Source: Actinomycetota bacterium (GTDB lineage: Bacteria; Actinomycetota; Acidimicrobiia; Acidimicrobiales; WLNW01). From it: 33,424 bases of DNA. Shown here piece by piece: positions 20,916 through 28,477 of this stretch (within the stretch, counting starts at the first letter, position 1; every line of letters begins with the position of its first letter). The notes beneath the pieces are model-generated. The model was not told the origin of the DNA. It saw only the letters and a program-made list of their open reading frames with translations, and searched no databases. The position numbers were made by a program, and so were the translations under genes. The stretch lies in assembly GCA_043738925.1 (NCBI GenBank), contig JAYUFA010000311.1:1-33424 (forward strand), written 5' to 3'.

Positions 20916-21013
20916 GCTCTGTCAGGTTTTTCTCAAGTAGCGGCAGGAGCTCCGACCGGGCGATTCGATGCCGACTGGGATGGCGTGCTTACCGCTCTGA
21001 ACGGCCAGAGAAG

Positions 21014-21823
21014 ATGCTGAACCGACGAAAGTTCATCGTAGGCGTGGCTTCGGCGACCGTTGCCGTCGCCGTGCGTTCGAGCAGCGCCGGGGCGACAACT
21101 CTTGGTGAGATCGCAGTTCGAGCAGCCCGCAGCCAGCTTGGCGTTCCCTACAAGTGGGATGCCGAGACTCCCGGCGTCGGCTTCGACTGCTCTGGCTTGA
21201 CAGCTTGGGCATGGCGACAGGCCGGCATCGAGATGGATTCTTACACCGTCTCGCAGGCAGCGGCGTTTCGGGAGATCAGCTACGATCAAATCGTACCCGG
21301 CGATCTTGTCTTCAACACCTCGCTCGGTCATGTCGTGATCTACGCAGGCAATGGCCGATGCATCGAAGCGAGGCGTACCGGTACGCTGGTTCAGGAGAGC
21401 CCGAACACGATGTCGGCATTGTGCGTGCGCCCGACGCTGCTTCCCGTTCGAGTGGTGCCATCGGGGGTTGCCAATGGTCGAGAGATGCTGATCGCCGAGC
21501 CCGGCGACTCGCTTAACGGCATCGCGTTGGCGAGAGGCATACAGCTTGTGCCGTTCGCTCGAATGAACGGGCTTTCTCCGTCGTCACCATTGCGTCCTGG
21601 CGATAATATTGTGCTGCCATCAGCCGTGAAAACCCTTCCGCCGCCGACCAGCACCCCGAAGGCCATCCCGGCTGCCGCTGCGTCGACCTATGTCGTGCGC
21701 CCAGGGGACACGCTGTCTGGAATCGCGGCCCGATTCGGTATGACGGTCGCGCGTTTGGTCAAGCTCAACGGCATCGCTGACTCAAATCGAATCACCCCAG
21801 GAATTGTACTGAAGTTGACCTAA
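21014..21823 (+). CDS. NlpC/P60 peptidoglycan endopeptidase with Tat signal and two C-terminal LysM domains
   Basis: MLNRRKFI twin-Arg motif plus AGA cleavage site; QLGVPYKW, FDCSGL, GHVVIY; LysMs PGDSLNGIA and YVVRPGDTLSGIAARFG. Confidence 0.88.
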   Translation: MLNRRKFIVGVASATVAVAVRSSSAGATTLGEIAVRAARSQLGVPYKWDAETPGVGFDCSGLTAWAWRQAGIEMDSYTVSQAAAFREISYDQIVPGDLVFNTSLGHVVIYAGNGRCIEARRTGTLVQESPNTMSALCVRPTLLPVRVVPSGVANGREMLIAEPGDSLNGIALARGIQLVPFARMNGLSPSSPLRPGDNIVLPSAVKTLPPPTSTPKAIPAAAASTYVVRPGDTLSGIAARFGMTVARLVKLNGIADSNRITPGIVLKLT

Positions 21824-21827
21824 CTAA

Positions 21828-22676
21828 CTAACTGAGTGGCTCCAGTGTCGAAGGTGGAGGTGTCGATTGCCAGTAACTCACCGAGTAACGAAATCGCGCC
21901 GACCGCGTGACCGCAGTTTGTGTCAGCCATCCGCATTCTTCGAGGGTGCTCGCCGCTGTCGGATTTATGTAGGCGATCCGAACTGATCTCGGTTGGGCTT
22001 CGATGGATGCCCGCAGACATTCGAGCATGGAACGCATGGTGTGCAGGCCGAAAGGATTGAACAGCACAACAACGGTCACCTCGGAGAAGTCAAGAGTCGC
22101 AGCATCACCGGTGAGAACCGTCGTCGGCGACTTCTTGGCCGGTCGTCGGCTCAGGTTAGAGCGAGCTGCCTCCGCGATCAGTGGGTCACATTCGACACCG
22201 ATGACCTGGCGGGCTGGACCGCGAGCAGCCATGACCAGTACTCGTCCCAGTCCGCACCCGACGTCCATGACGACATCATTCCTCGTTGGACCCAGGGTGC
22301 GCAGCACTTTGCGGGCTTGGCCGTAGGCCAGCGGTACATAGAGGTGAACATCCTCGCCGGCGGTCACTCCCCGGGGAACGAGCACAGTTTCTGTTTTGAT
22401 ACCTCGCCATCGATCCTCTGCGCTGGCGGTGAGCCCGCGCCAAAGGCCGAACAGTCGTCGAAGGGCGCCGAACTCCCGAGTTCGGTCCGGTATCCGAGTT
22501 GCACCACGCCCACGTAAGCCATCTCGCCGGTCCTCCTCGCTGCAGCGGCCCTTCACGCGCACCGCATAGAACAAATGTCGGAACGCCCAGCGACAAGCCC
22601 GCCGGTCCGAGCAAGATCCGCGGCGGACCCGATCGACAACGTTCTTTGGGCCATGACGTCGAGCATCTCTCCACAC
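21828..22676 (-). CDS. Class I SAM-dependent methyltransferase (start uncertain, may be shorter)
   Basis: VMDVGCGLGR motif I, GVECDP motif II, GDA, LFNPF, IAYINP. Confidence 0.75.
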   Translation of the reverse strand: MWRDARRHGPKNVVDRVRRGSCSDRRACRWAFRHLFYAVRVKGRCSEEDRRDGLRGRGATRIPDRTREFGALRRLFGLWRGLTASAEDRWRGIKTETVLVPRGVTAGEDVHLYVPLAYGQARKVLRTLGPTRNDVVMDVGCGLGRVLVMAARGPARQVIGVECDPLIAEAARSNLSRRPAKKSPTTVLTGDAATLDFSEVTVVVLFNPFGLHTMRSMLECLRASIEAQPRSVRIAYINPTAASTLEECGWLTQTAVTRSARFRYSVSYWQSTPPPSTLEPLS

Positions 22677-22849
22677 TAACTCCTACGAAATGTAGTTGAG
22701 TTGATCCATGAGGGAGTCCACGCACAGCCAGCATACCGCCCAAGGATTCGACGCACAGGCTTCCGCGATTGTGGGCTGGCGTTGAGGACGCTCACTCCGG
22801 CGCGGGCCAACCGGCGTAGAGTCCATCCGAGGTTGATGAGCCACTTAAC

Positions 22850-23171
22850 TCATCGCCGCAGGGCGGCCATGGCGTCGCTGCCGTGGTCCATGACCTGCGC
22901 GTCGAACCAACTGTGAAGCCCAGCGACCAACTCGTGCTTGGTCGTGACAAAAATAATCTGGGCACCGTTACTCAGCTCGGAATACGTCGTGGTGATCTGC
23001 GCCGCGCCAGCTTCAATGCGGCCAAGCCCGGCATTTCAGCTCGATAATACCGGCGGGGTCATCGAACATACCGGCCGAGAACTTGGGGGAGTGCTGCACG
23101 TTATGAAACGTGCCAGATCAGGAACGAAGGATGTTGCGCTGATCCGCGGACACCTGCAGAGCGAGGCCACC
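22850..23171 (-). pseudogene. Remnant of a conserved hypothetical protein (family often labelled 'aspartate carbamoyltransferase'), frameshifted, with inverted internal segment
   Basis: - strand 23084..22850 reads KFSAGMFDDPAGI/H..AEMPGLAA/EAGAAQITTTYSELSNGAQIIF...LHSWFDAQVMDHGSDA; the preceding part GGVLHV...DVALIRGHLQSEAT is on the + strand at 23085-23171. Confidence 0.65.
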
Positions 23172-23268
23172 GCACACATCGTGCACCGCTAAAGCATCCA
23201 TGAAGTTGTCATGACGGGGTCCCTGATGGATTGGAGTTCGAGCATTTCGTCGGCCCGTGACCGGGATG

Positions 23269-25218
23269 TCAAGGCGGGTACGAGATCGTGTGTTCGATGC
23301 GGTGGCCGGGGTCGATGATTGTTTCCTTGGCGATCCGTTTCGTGATCGGGTCGATCCACATTTTGATCCAGATGTTCGACGCGGGCACGGTGAAGGCGAT
23401 GACGTTGAGGCCTTGGTCGTCGGCGAGTTGGTGGACGTCATCGCCGCCGTTGCCGAACGGTTCTTGGGAGATGAAGTCGGGTCCGGAGATGCGGGTGTTC
23501 CCGGCATCCGCTGATGCTGCGGAGTTGCTGGTGACCGATTCGGTGAGCGAAATGTTGCCCGCCTGTTTCGTGGCGGCGACCGCGGCGGCGAGCAGCGGCC
23601 CTCCGTCAGGTCCGGGGGACCATTCGATGCTGACGTGCGCGGTGCCGCCGGCGTAGTCGCTTTCGCCGACTGTGACGGCGAGTTCGGTGGTGCCAGGTTG
23701 CCATTCGTGGCTGATGGTTTCGCATCCTTGCCCGCAGTTGCGGGCGGTGATGTCGATGTCGCTGCCGTCGGGTTGTTTCCCGCTGATCGTCGCCCGTCCG
23801 GTCGGTGGGGGTTGTCCGCCGGGTTGCAGTACGCGTATTTGGAGTTGGTGGTCGACCGCGGCGACGAGGACCAGATTGTTACCGGCAAGATCGGCACCCC
23901 AGGTAGCGTTCGCGATGGGCGGCGGCCCGAGCACGAACGAACCGGCCGAGCTTGGTGGAGCGGTGACGGCGAGCGCGACGCTCGCGGCGAGCACGGCGGT
24001 GACGGCCAGAAGTTCGACCCGGACAATCGTCCGAAGCGTGGAGGGTTTGTTGTCCACGTTGCGTAGCCCTTTGGCGCGGGCGAGATTGGCAAGTACCAAC
24101 GCGGCCACAACCAGTGCGAGTTTGATGAGGAGGATCGTGCCGTATCGGGTGGTCCAGAGCTGGTGGATGCTGTCGAATCGGGTGAACGCGACAATCGTGC
24201 CAATGCCGATGGTGACTGCGACGACCGGCAGCGCGAATCGGCTGTAGCGGCGGGCGGCGATGCCGAATGCGGTCCGTGCCGGGCGGTCGATCGGTCTGCG
24301 AGTCAGGTGAAGGAGCGCGCCGGCCCAGGCTGCACTACCGATGACGTGTGCGGTGCCGAGCGGTGTTGCCCACCAACGGGAGTCGTCACCGGAATGACCC
24401 CGCCACACCATGAGGGCGAGCGCGGCTGCGACGGGTAGGGCGGCGATGCGGCGCAGTCGGCTGCTGCGAGCGGCGACAAGCGCAAGCCCGGTGAGTGATC
24501 CGGTGGCGACCATCAACCGGTCGGCGCGGGTGGCAAGCGCACCGGACCAGTCGGTGAGGCTGCCTAGTACGTGGCGGCGATGCAGTTCGAGCGCGACGGC
24601 GGACATGACTCCGACAAGCGCGAAGGCGATCGATGGGGCTGCCGGTGATTTCGGTGATGTTGGTGCGGGCCGGTGTGTCGCCCAGATGAGGCGTTCGCTG
24701 GCGAGGCACCCGAACACGAATGCCAGTCCGGCAACAATTTCGAATTGGATGAGGGCGTCGGCCCAACCGAACCGTCCCTGCGACGGTCGTGTTCGGGTAT
24801 CGACCGCGCCGGGTGGCAGGTCGGTCCCGACGGCGAAAGCGAATTCGCCTTCGGTGGTGTGTCCGTCTCGGGCGAGGACTTGCCAGGTGACGAGGTAGAT
24901 GTCGCGGGCCAGGGTGGGCACGTTGGCGCGGATGCGGGTACCGCCCGGGTCGGTGCCAACGAAGGCCAGGTCGATCTTGGTACCGGTGGCAGTCCGCAGA
25001 CTGAGATGCGGTGTTCCGTCGATCCGCTCGGAGAAGTCGAGCACGACCTCGTCCGGGCCGGTACTGAGCCGGGCACCGGTAGCGGGGGAGGTTCGTACGA
25101 GGAAACTGTGGGCATTGGCGGGAGCCGCCAGACCGAGACCAGCGAACACAACGCAAAAGACAACGGCAAACACGCGACCCACCCGCAGAAGCAACGACCT
25201 GTGGTTGATATTCGGCAT
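23269..25218 (-). CDS. CopC-CopD fusion copper resistance/uptake protein with C-terminal extracytoplasmic domain
   Basis: Signal peptide ending ANA-HSFLVRTSP (N-terminal His of CopC), DGH, then CopD TMs (GHS, HVIG..WAG, RRYS, TRYG.ILLIK). Confidence 0.87.
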   Translation of the reverse strand: MPNINHRSLLLRVGRVFAVVFCVVFAGLGLAAPANAHSFLVRTSPATGARLSTGPDEVVLDFSERIDGTPHLSLRTATGTKIDLAFVGTDPGGTRIRANVPTLARDIYLVTWQVLARDGHTTEGEFAFAVGTDLPPGAVDTRTRPSQGRFGWADALIQFEIVAGLAFVFGCLASERLIWATHRPAPTSPKSPAAPSIAFALVGVMSAVALELHRRHVLGSLTDWSGALATRADRLMVATGSLTGLALVAARSSRLRRIAALPVAAALALMVWRGHSGDDSRWWATPLGTAHVIGSAAWAGALLHLTRRPIDRPARTAFGIAARRYSRFALPVVAVTIGIGTIVAFTRFDSIHQLWTTRYGTILLIKLALVVAALVLANLARAKGLRNVDNKPSTLRTIVRVELLAVTAVLAASVALAVTAPPSSAGSFVLGPPPIANATWGADLAGNNLVLVAAVDHQLQIRVLQPGGQPPPTGRATISGKQPDGSDIDITARNCGQGCETISHEWQPGTTELAVTVGESDYAGGTAHVSIEWSPGPDGGPLLAAAVAATKQAGNISLTESVTSNSAASADAGNTRISGPDFISQEPFGNGGDDVHQLADDQGLNVIAFTVPASNIWIKMWIDPITKRIAKETIIDPGHRIEHTISYPP

Positions 25219-25236
25219 CGTGAGTGGGACCCTGAT

Positions 25237-25255
25237 CTACTAAGCGGTATCGTAG
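25237..25255. promoter_or_regulatory. Putative BlaI-type operator (CTACTA-N7-TCGTAG)
   Basis: Palindrome extended by AT on both sides, 18 nt upstream of copC/D ATG; TACAAT -10-like hexamer on - strand at about 25257-25262. Confidence 0.75.
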
Positions 25256-25367
25256 ATTGTAGCTGTCGGGGTTGCTGATACCCGGCGGTGAGTTGCCTCC
25301 AGCCGTGAAGGAGCTGTCTACGAGTGTTGCGCATGACGACCACCGGACACTCGATTTCGCTGTCACC

Positions 25368-25646
25368 GGGATGGCGATCTGCAGGGGCACCGACGTGGCC
25401 ATCGAATTGTCTGATATCCCGCGACTTTCGGCCGAGCTTGGTGTCGCCACCGCGGTGCGGTTGGCGCGGCGCACGTTCCGCACGATCCTGCAGAACCTTG
25501 GCTGGGCGTTCGGGTACAACATCGTGCTTATCCCCGTCGCCGCGTTCGGTCTGCTCAACCCGATCCTCGCCGGCGCAGCAATGGCGTTCTCGAGCGTGTC
25601 GGTCGTCGGTAACAGCCTGCGCCTCTACCGGTTCGGCGAGCGGTGA
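25368..25646 (+). pseudogene. 3' remnant of a second Cu P1B-type ATPase
   Basis: [17 protein letters not shown]...[10 protein letters not shown]...[19 protein letters not shown]: only the last about 90 aa, degenerate, with no DKTGT or CPC. Confidence 0.85.
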
Positions 25647-25653
25647 CGCCCCG

Positions 25654-26088
25654 ATGGTGACCTCGATCCATGCCGGTCGTCGGACGGTTTGGGTCGAACT
25701 GGCCGATCGATGGCCGGCCTGGACTTTCGCGGTCGTCGCCGGTGGCCTCGGTGCGATAGCGCTGGCCGTGTGGGGTTTGCCCGCGTGGGATTTCCACGGG
25801 CCGTTTCATCGTTTCGGTGTGATGGACCCGCTGTGCGGCATGACCCGAGCGGTGCGCTTCGCAGCCAGGGGACAGCTTCGTTCGGCCTGGCGGTACAACC
25901 CCGGCGCGTTCGTGCTGGCAGTAATCGCGATCGTCGGTGTCCCACGGATCATCGCCGGTACCGTTTTCGGCCGGTGGTGGGCGGCGCGTCTCGGCTCGAA
26001 GCGCGTCTGGATCACGATCGGCATCGTCGCCGTCGTTGCCCTGGAAATCAACCAGCAACTCCATGCCACCCTGCTGCGTGGCCCGTGA
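25654..26088 (+). CDS. DUF2752 family membrane protein
   Basis: P...FGVMDPLCGMTRA...AWRYNP motif; ATG 7 nt after the remnant's stop. Confidence 0.78.
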   Translation: MVTSIHAGRRTVWVELADRWPAWTFAVVAGGLGAIALAVWGLPAWDFHGPFHRFGVMDPLCGMTRAVRFAARGQLRSAWRYNPGAFVLAVIAIVGVPRIIAGTVFGRWWAARLGSKRVWITIGIVAVVALEINQQLHATLLRGP

Positions 26089-26723
26089 GCGACAACCAAT
26101 CGGCCGTCGGCCCCGTCGCTGCATCGGACAACGGGTTTGAGCCGGTCGTCGAGGAACCTGCGGCACCGGTACCCCACCGCTCCCGCAGGTGCCGGACCGG
26201 TGTTGTCATCGCCGGAATCATTACGACGATCGGGATCGTCGCAACCGGTGCTGCCCTAGCAGCAAGGTTGAACACGCCCGCTGGAGGGCCGCTCGTCGGG
26301 CACACCGCGCCGTCGTTCACGCTATCGGCCCTGGCCGCCGGGGAGCCCGATGTGTCGCTCGATGCGTTCCGGGGGAGGCCGATGGTGATCAATGTGTGGG
26401 CGTCGTGGTGTGTGCCGTGTCGACGCGAGATGCCCGACTTCCAAGCCGTACACGTCCTGCTCGGTGACCGGGTCGCGTTCGTCGGGATCGACCATCAGGA
26501 CGCCAGAAGCTCTGCGATCGCCTTCGCCCACGAAACCGGAGTCACCTACCCATCGGGTTTCGACCCGCAAGGCACCGTCGCCGCCGACTACGGGCTGTTG
26601 GGCCTGCCGACGACGGTTCTTGTCGCGTCGGACGGTCGGGTTGTTGCCGAAGTGAAAGGTGCCCTCACCCGCGAGAAGCTCCTGAAACTCATCGCGGACC
26701 GCCTCAAGGTAACGGCGGCCTGA
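26085..26723 (+). CDS. TlpA-family thiol:disulfide oxidoreductase
   Basis: GTGA overlap; TM anchor; INVWASWCVPCRREMP; GLPTT. Confidence 0.88.
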   Translation: MSDNQSAVGPVAASDNGFEPVVEEPAAPVPHRSRRCRTGVVIAGIITTIGIVATGAALAARLNTPAGGPLVGHTAPSFTLSALAAGEPDVSLDAFRGRPMVINVWASWCVPCRREMPDFQAVHVLLGDRVAFVGIDHQDARSSAIAFAHETGVTYPSGFDPQGTVAADYGLLGLPTTVLVASDGRVVAEVKGALTREKLLKLIADRLKVTAA

Positions 26724-26795
26724 CCGACCTCGACGGCTGGGTACGGGCACCGAACACGGCATCGTTGACGTATCCGGATGACCGGCACGCGCCCA

Positions 26796-27500
26796 CTACG
26801 GCACGGTGCTGTCCGTCGGTGACGGTCCGCTGCGGTACTTGCCGTTCTTGCTCGTGACCGTCTCCCCGTTCAGGACCCGCTGCAGAACGTCGTCCAGGGT
26901 TGTGGGGCCGACTGCGCCGATCAGGCGGGCCATGACCCGCCCGTCGGGGGCGACAAGGAACGTTTCGGGCACCCCTCGGACACCGAAGTCGATCGCGGTG
27001 CGACCGTCGGGGTCGTTGATCAACGGGTAGGTCAGCCCGAACTCCTCGCGAAACCGGCGGGCGTTCGAGACGGTGTCGCTGTAGAGGATGCCGACGAGCA
27101 CGACACCGTCAGCTTGATGCTGCTGGACGAACCGTTGCAGATCGGCCGCTTCTTCCCTGCATGGCACACACCATGACGCCCAAAAGTTGATCACGATCAC
27201 TGCCCCGGCAAGCCGTGACGAGTCAAGGGTCGTGCCACCCTGAATCGTCGGTAGCACGAACGCGGGCATCGCCCGACCGATCAGCGGTGACGGCGCAACC
27301 TGCGCCCGGTTCAATCCGCGGGCGAGCACGCTACTGAACCCAATCACACCAATCGTCACAGGGATAGCAAGCCACCGCAAACCACGACGCCGACGCGAGA
27401 GACCACGTGGCGAATCAGCCCGTGACCCCGCGGGCACCACCTCCGGCTCGATCACAGCGTCGTCAACGGAGGGTGGAGGCGAGTCCCGTTCGGCAACCAT
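26796..27500 (-). CDS. TlpA/CcmG-like thiol:disulfide oxidoreductase
   Basis: TM anchor, PSPLIGRAMPAF, INFWASWCVPCREE, FGVRGVPETF (CcmG/DsbE-like). Confidence 0.88.
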   Translation of the reverse strand: MVAERDSPPPSVDDAVIEPEVVPAGSRADSPRGLSRRRRGLRWLAIPVTIGVIGFSSVLARGLNRAQVAPSPLIGRAMPAFVLPTIQGGTTLDSSRLAGAVIVINFWASWCVPCREEAADLQRFVQQHQADGVVLVGILYSDTVSNARRFREEFGLTYPLINDPDGRTAIDFGVRGVPETFLVAPDGRVMARLIGAVGPTTLDDVLQRVLNGETVTSKNGKYRSGPSPTDSTVP

Positions 27501-27510
27501 GACCACGAAG

Positions 27511-27529
27511 CTACTATCTAAAGTCGTAG
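27511..27529. promoter_or_regulatory. Putative BlaI-type operator (CTACTA-N7-TCGTAG)
   Basis: GCTACTATCTAAAGTCGTAGC, 10 nt upstream of the tlpA/ccmG-like ATG. Confidence 0.75.
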
Positions 27530-27641
27530 CCGCTGACAGGGCTGGGCGCTGTTCGATGCTACAACGCCAACGCAACAGCTTCTCCAACGTCCAACCATCT
27601 CGGAGCCCCGCAAGCGGACGTGACTCGGGCCGCGGCTATTG

Positions 27642-27660
27642 CTACTATGTTACCTAGTAG
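27642..27660. promoter_or_regulatory. Putative BlaI-type operator (CTACTA-N7-TAGTAG, perfect arms)
   Basis: 35 nt upstream of the DUF2933 ATG. Confidence 0.78.
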
Positions 27661-27695
27661 TCATCGGTGTGGTGACCTCATCCGAAGGAGTTCTC

Positions 27696-27983
27696 ATGAA
27701 ATGCATGAACCGTAAGGTGCTGATTGGCCTCGTCGCGGTCGCCGGACTGCTGTTCTTTGCCGCCCCTTCGGCGCGGGGTGCGCTCCCGCTGCTCGTGGCT
27801 CTCGCCTGCCCGTTGTCGATGGTCTTGATGATGGGTGGCATGGCCAAGGTGATGAGCGGCAAGACCGATGACAGCAAGAACTCATGCGCTTCCGGTGGCC
27901 CGGCGCCAGAGGAAATCGTCGCTGCGAAGGATGCAGAGATCGCCCGGCTCAACAGCCTGCTGCAGCAACAGCCAACCCGCTAA
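27696..27983 (+). CDS. DUF2933 family small membrane protein
   Basis: AAGGAG RBS at 27685-27690; LLVALACPLSMVLMMGGM signature; C-terminal short coiled coil. Confidence 0.78.
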   Translation: MKCMNRKVLIGLVAVAGLLFFAAPSARGALPLLVALACPLSMVLMMGGMAKVMSGKTDDSKNSCASGGPAPEEIVAAKDAEIARLNSLLQQQPTR

Positions 27984-27994
27984 ACCCGGCGTTT

Positions 27995-28477
27995 CTAGCC
28001 GCCCTGTTGCCTGTCGTTGATCGCCGCTGCGACCAGTTCCCGGTCCGAATCCGATGGGGGACCGGGCCGTTGGGCACGCCACCGTACGAACGCGACGCCC
28101 AGCCCGGTAGCGCAACCTAGGAACGCTACGACTGGGAGTAGCCAGACGAGTCCGACGATCCCGTGGGGTGAGGGTGACAGCAGAATGTCGGGCCCGAACC
28201 TGGTCGCCATTGCTTGGCGGATCGTGTTGTCGCTTTCACCTTCGGCGATCCGCCGTTCCAGGTCGGCGCGAATGTCACGCGAAGCTGGGGCTTCAGATTG
28301 GGCGACGGACTGGCCGGCGCATGTCGGACACTTGATCGTCGCGGCGAGCCGCTCGACTCGTTCCCCGGTTGTTCGCGGTGCCCGATTACCGACCGCAGCG
28401 ATCGTGAGTGCGATGGCGAGAACGACGATCGACAGAAACCACACCCAGGCTGTCGTGTTGCTGCGAATTCGCTTCAC
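27995..28477 (-). CDS. ccmH: Cytochrome c-type biogenesis protein CcmH
   Basis: IKCPTCAGQSVAQS, RFGPDILLSP, WLLP. Confidence 0.9.
   Translation of the reverse strand: MKRIRSNTTAWVWFLSIVVLAIALTIAAVGNRAPRTTGERVERLAATIKCPTCAGQSVAQSEAPASRDIRADLERRIAEGESDNTIRQAMATRFGPDILLSPSPHGIVGLVWLLPVVAFLGCATGLGVAFVRWRAQRPGPPSDSDRELVAAAINDRQQGG

Noticed and set aside
21818-21835. Integron attC site (ACCTAAC fits RYYYAAC at a stop codon)
   Set aside because: No matching GTTRRRY-bounded palindrome, cassette array or integrase seen
22850-23171. True aspartate carbamoyltransferase (pyrB)
   Set aside because: No STRT or HPTQ carbamoyltransferase motifs; the name is only a recalled database label for this hypothetical family
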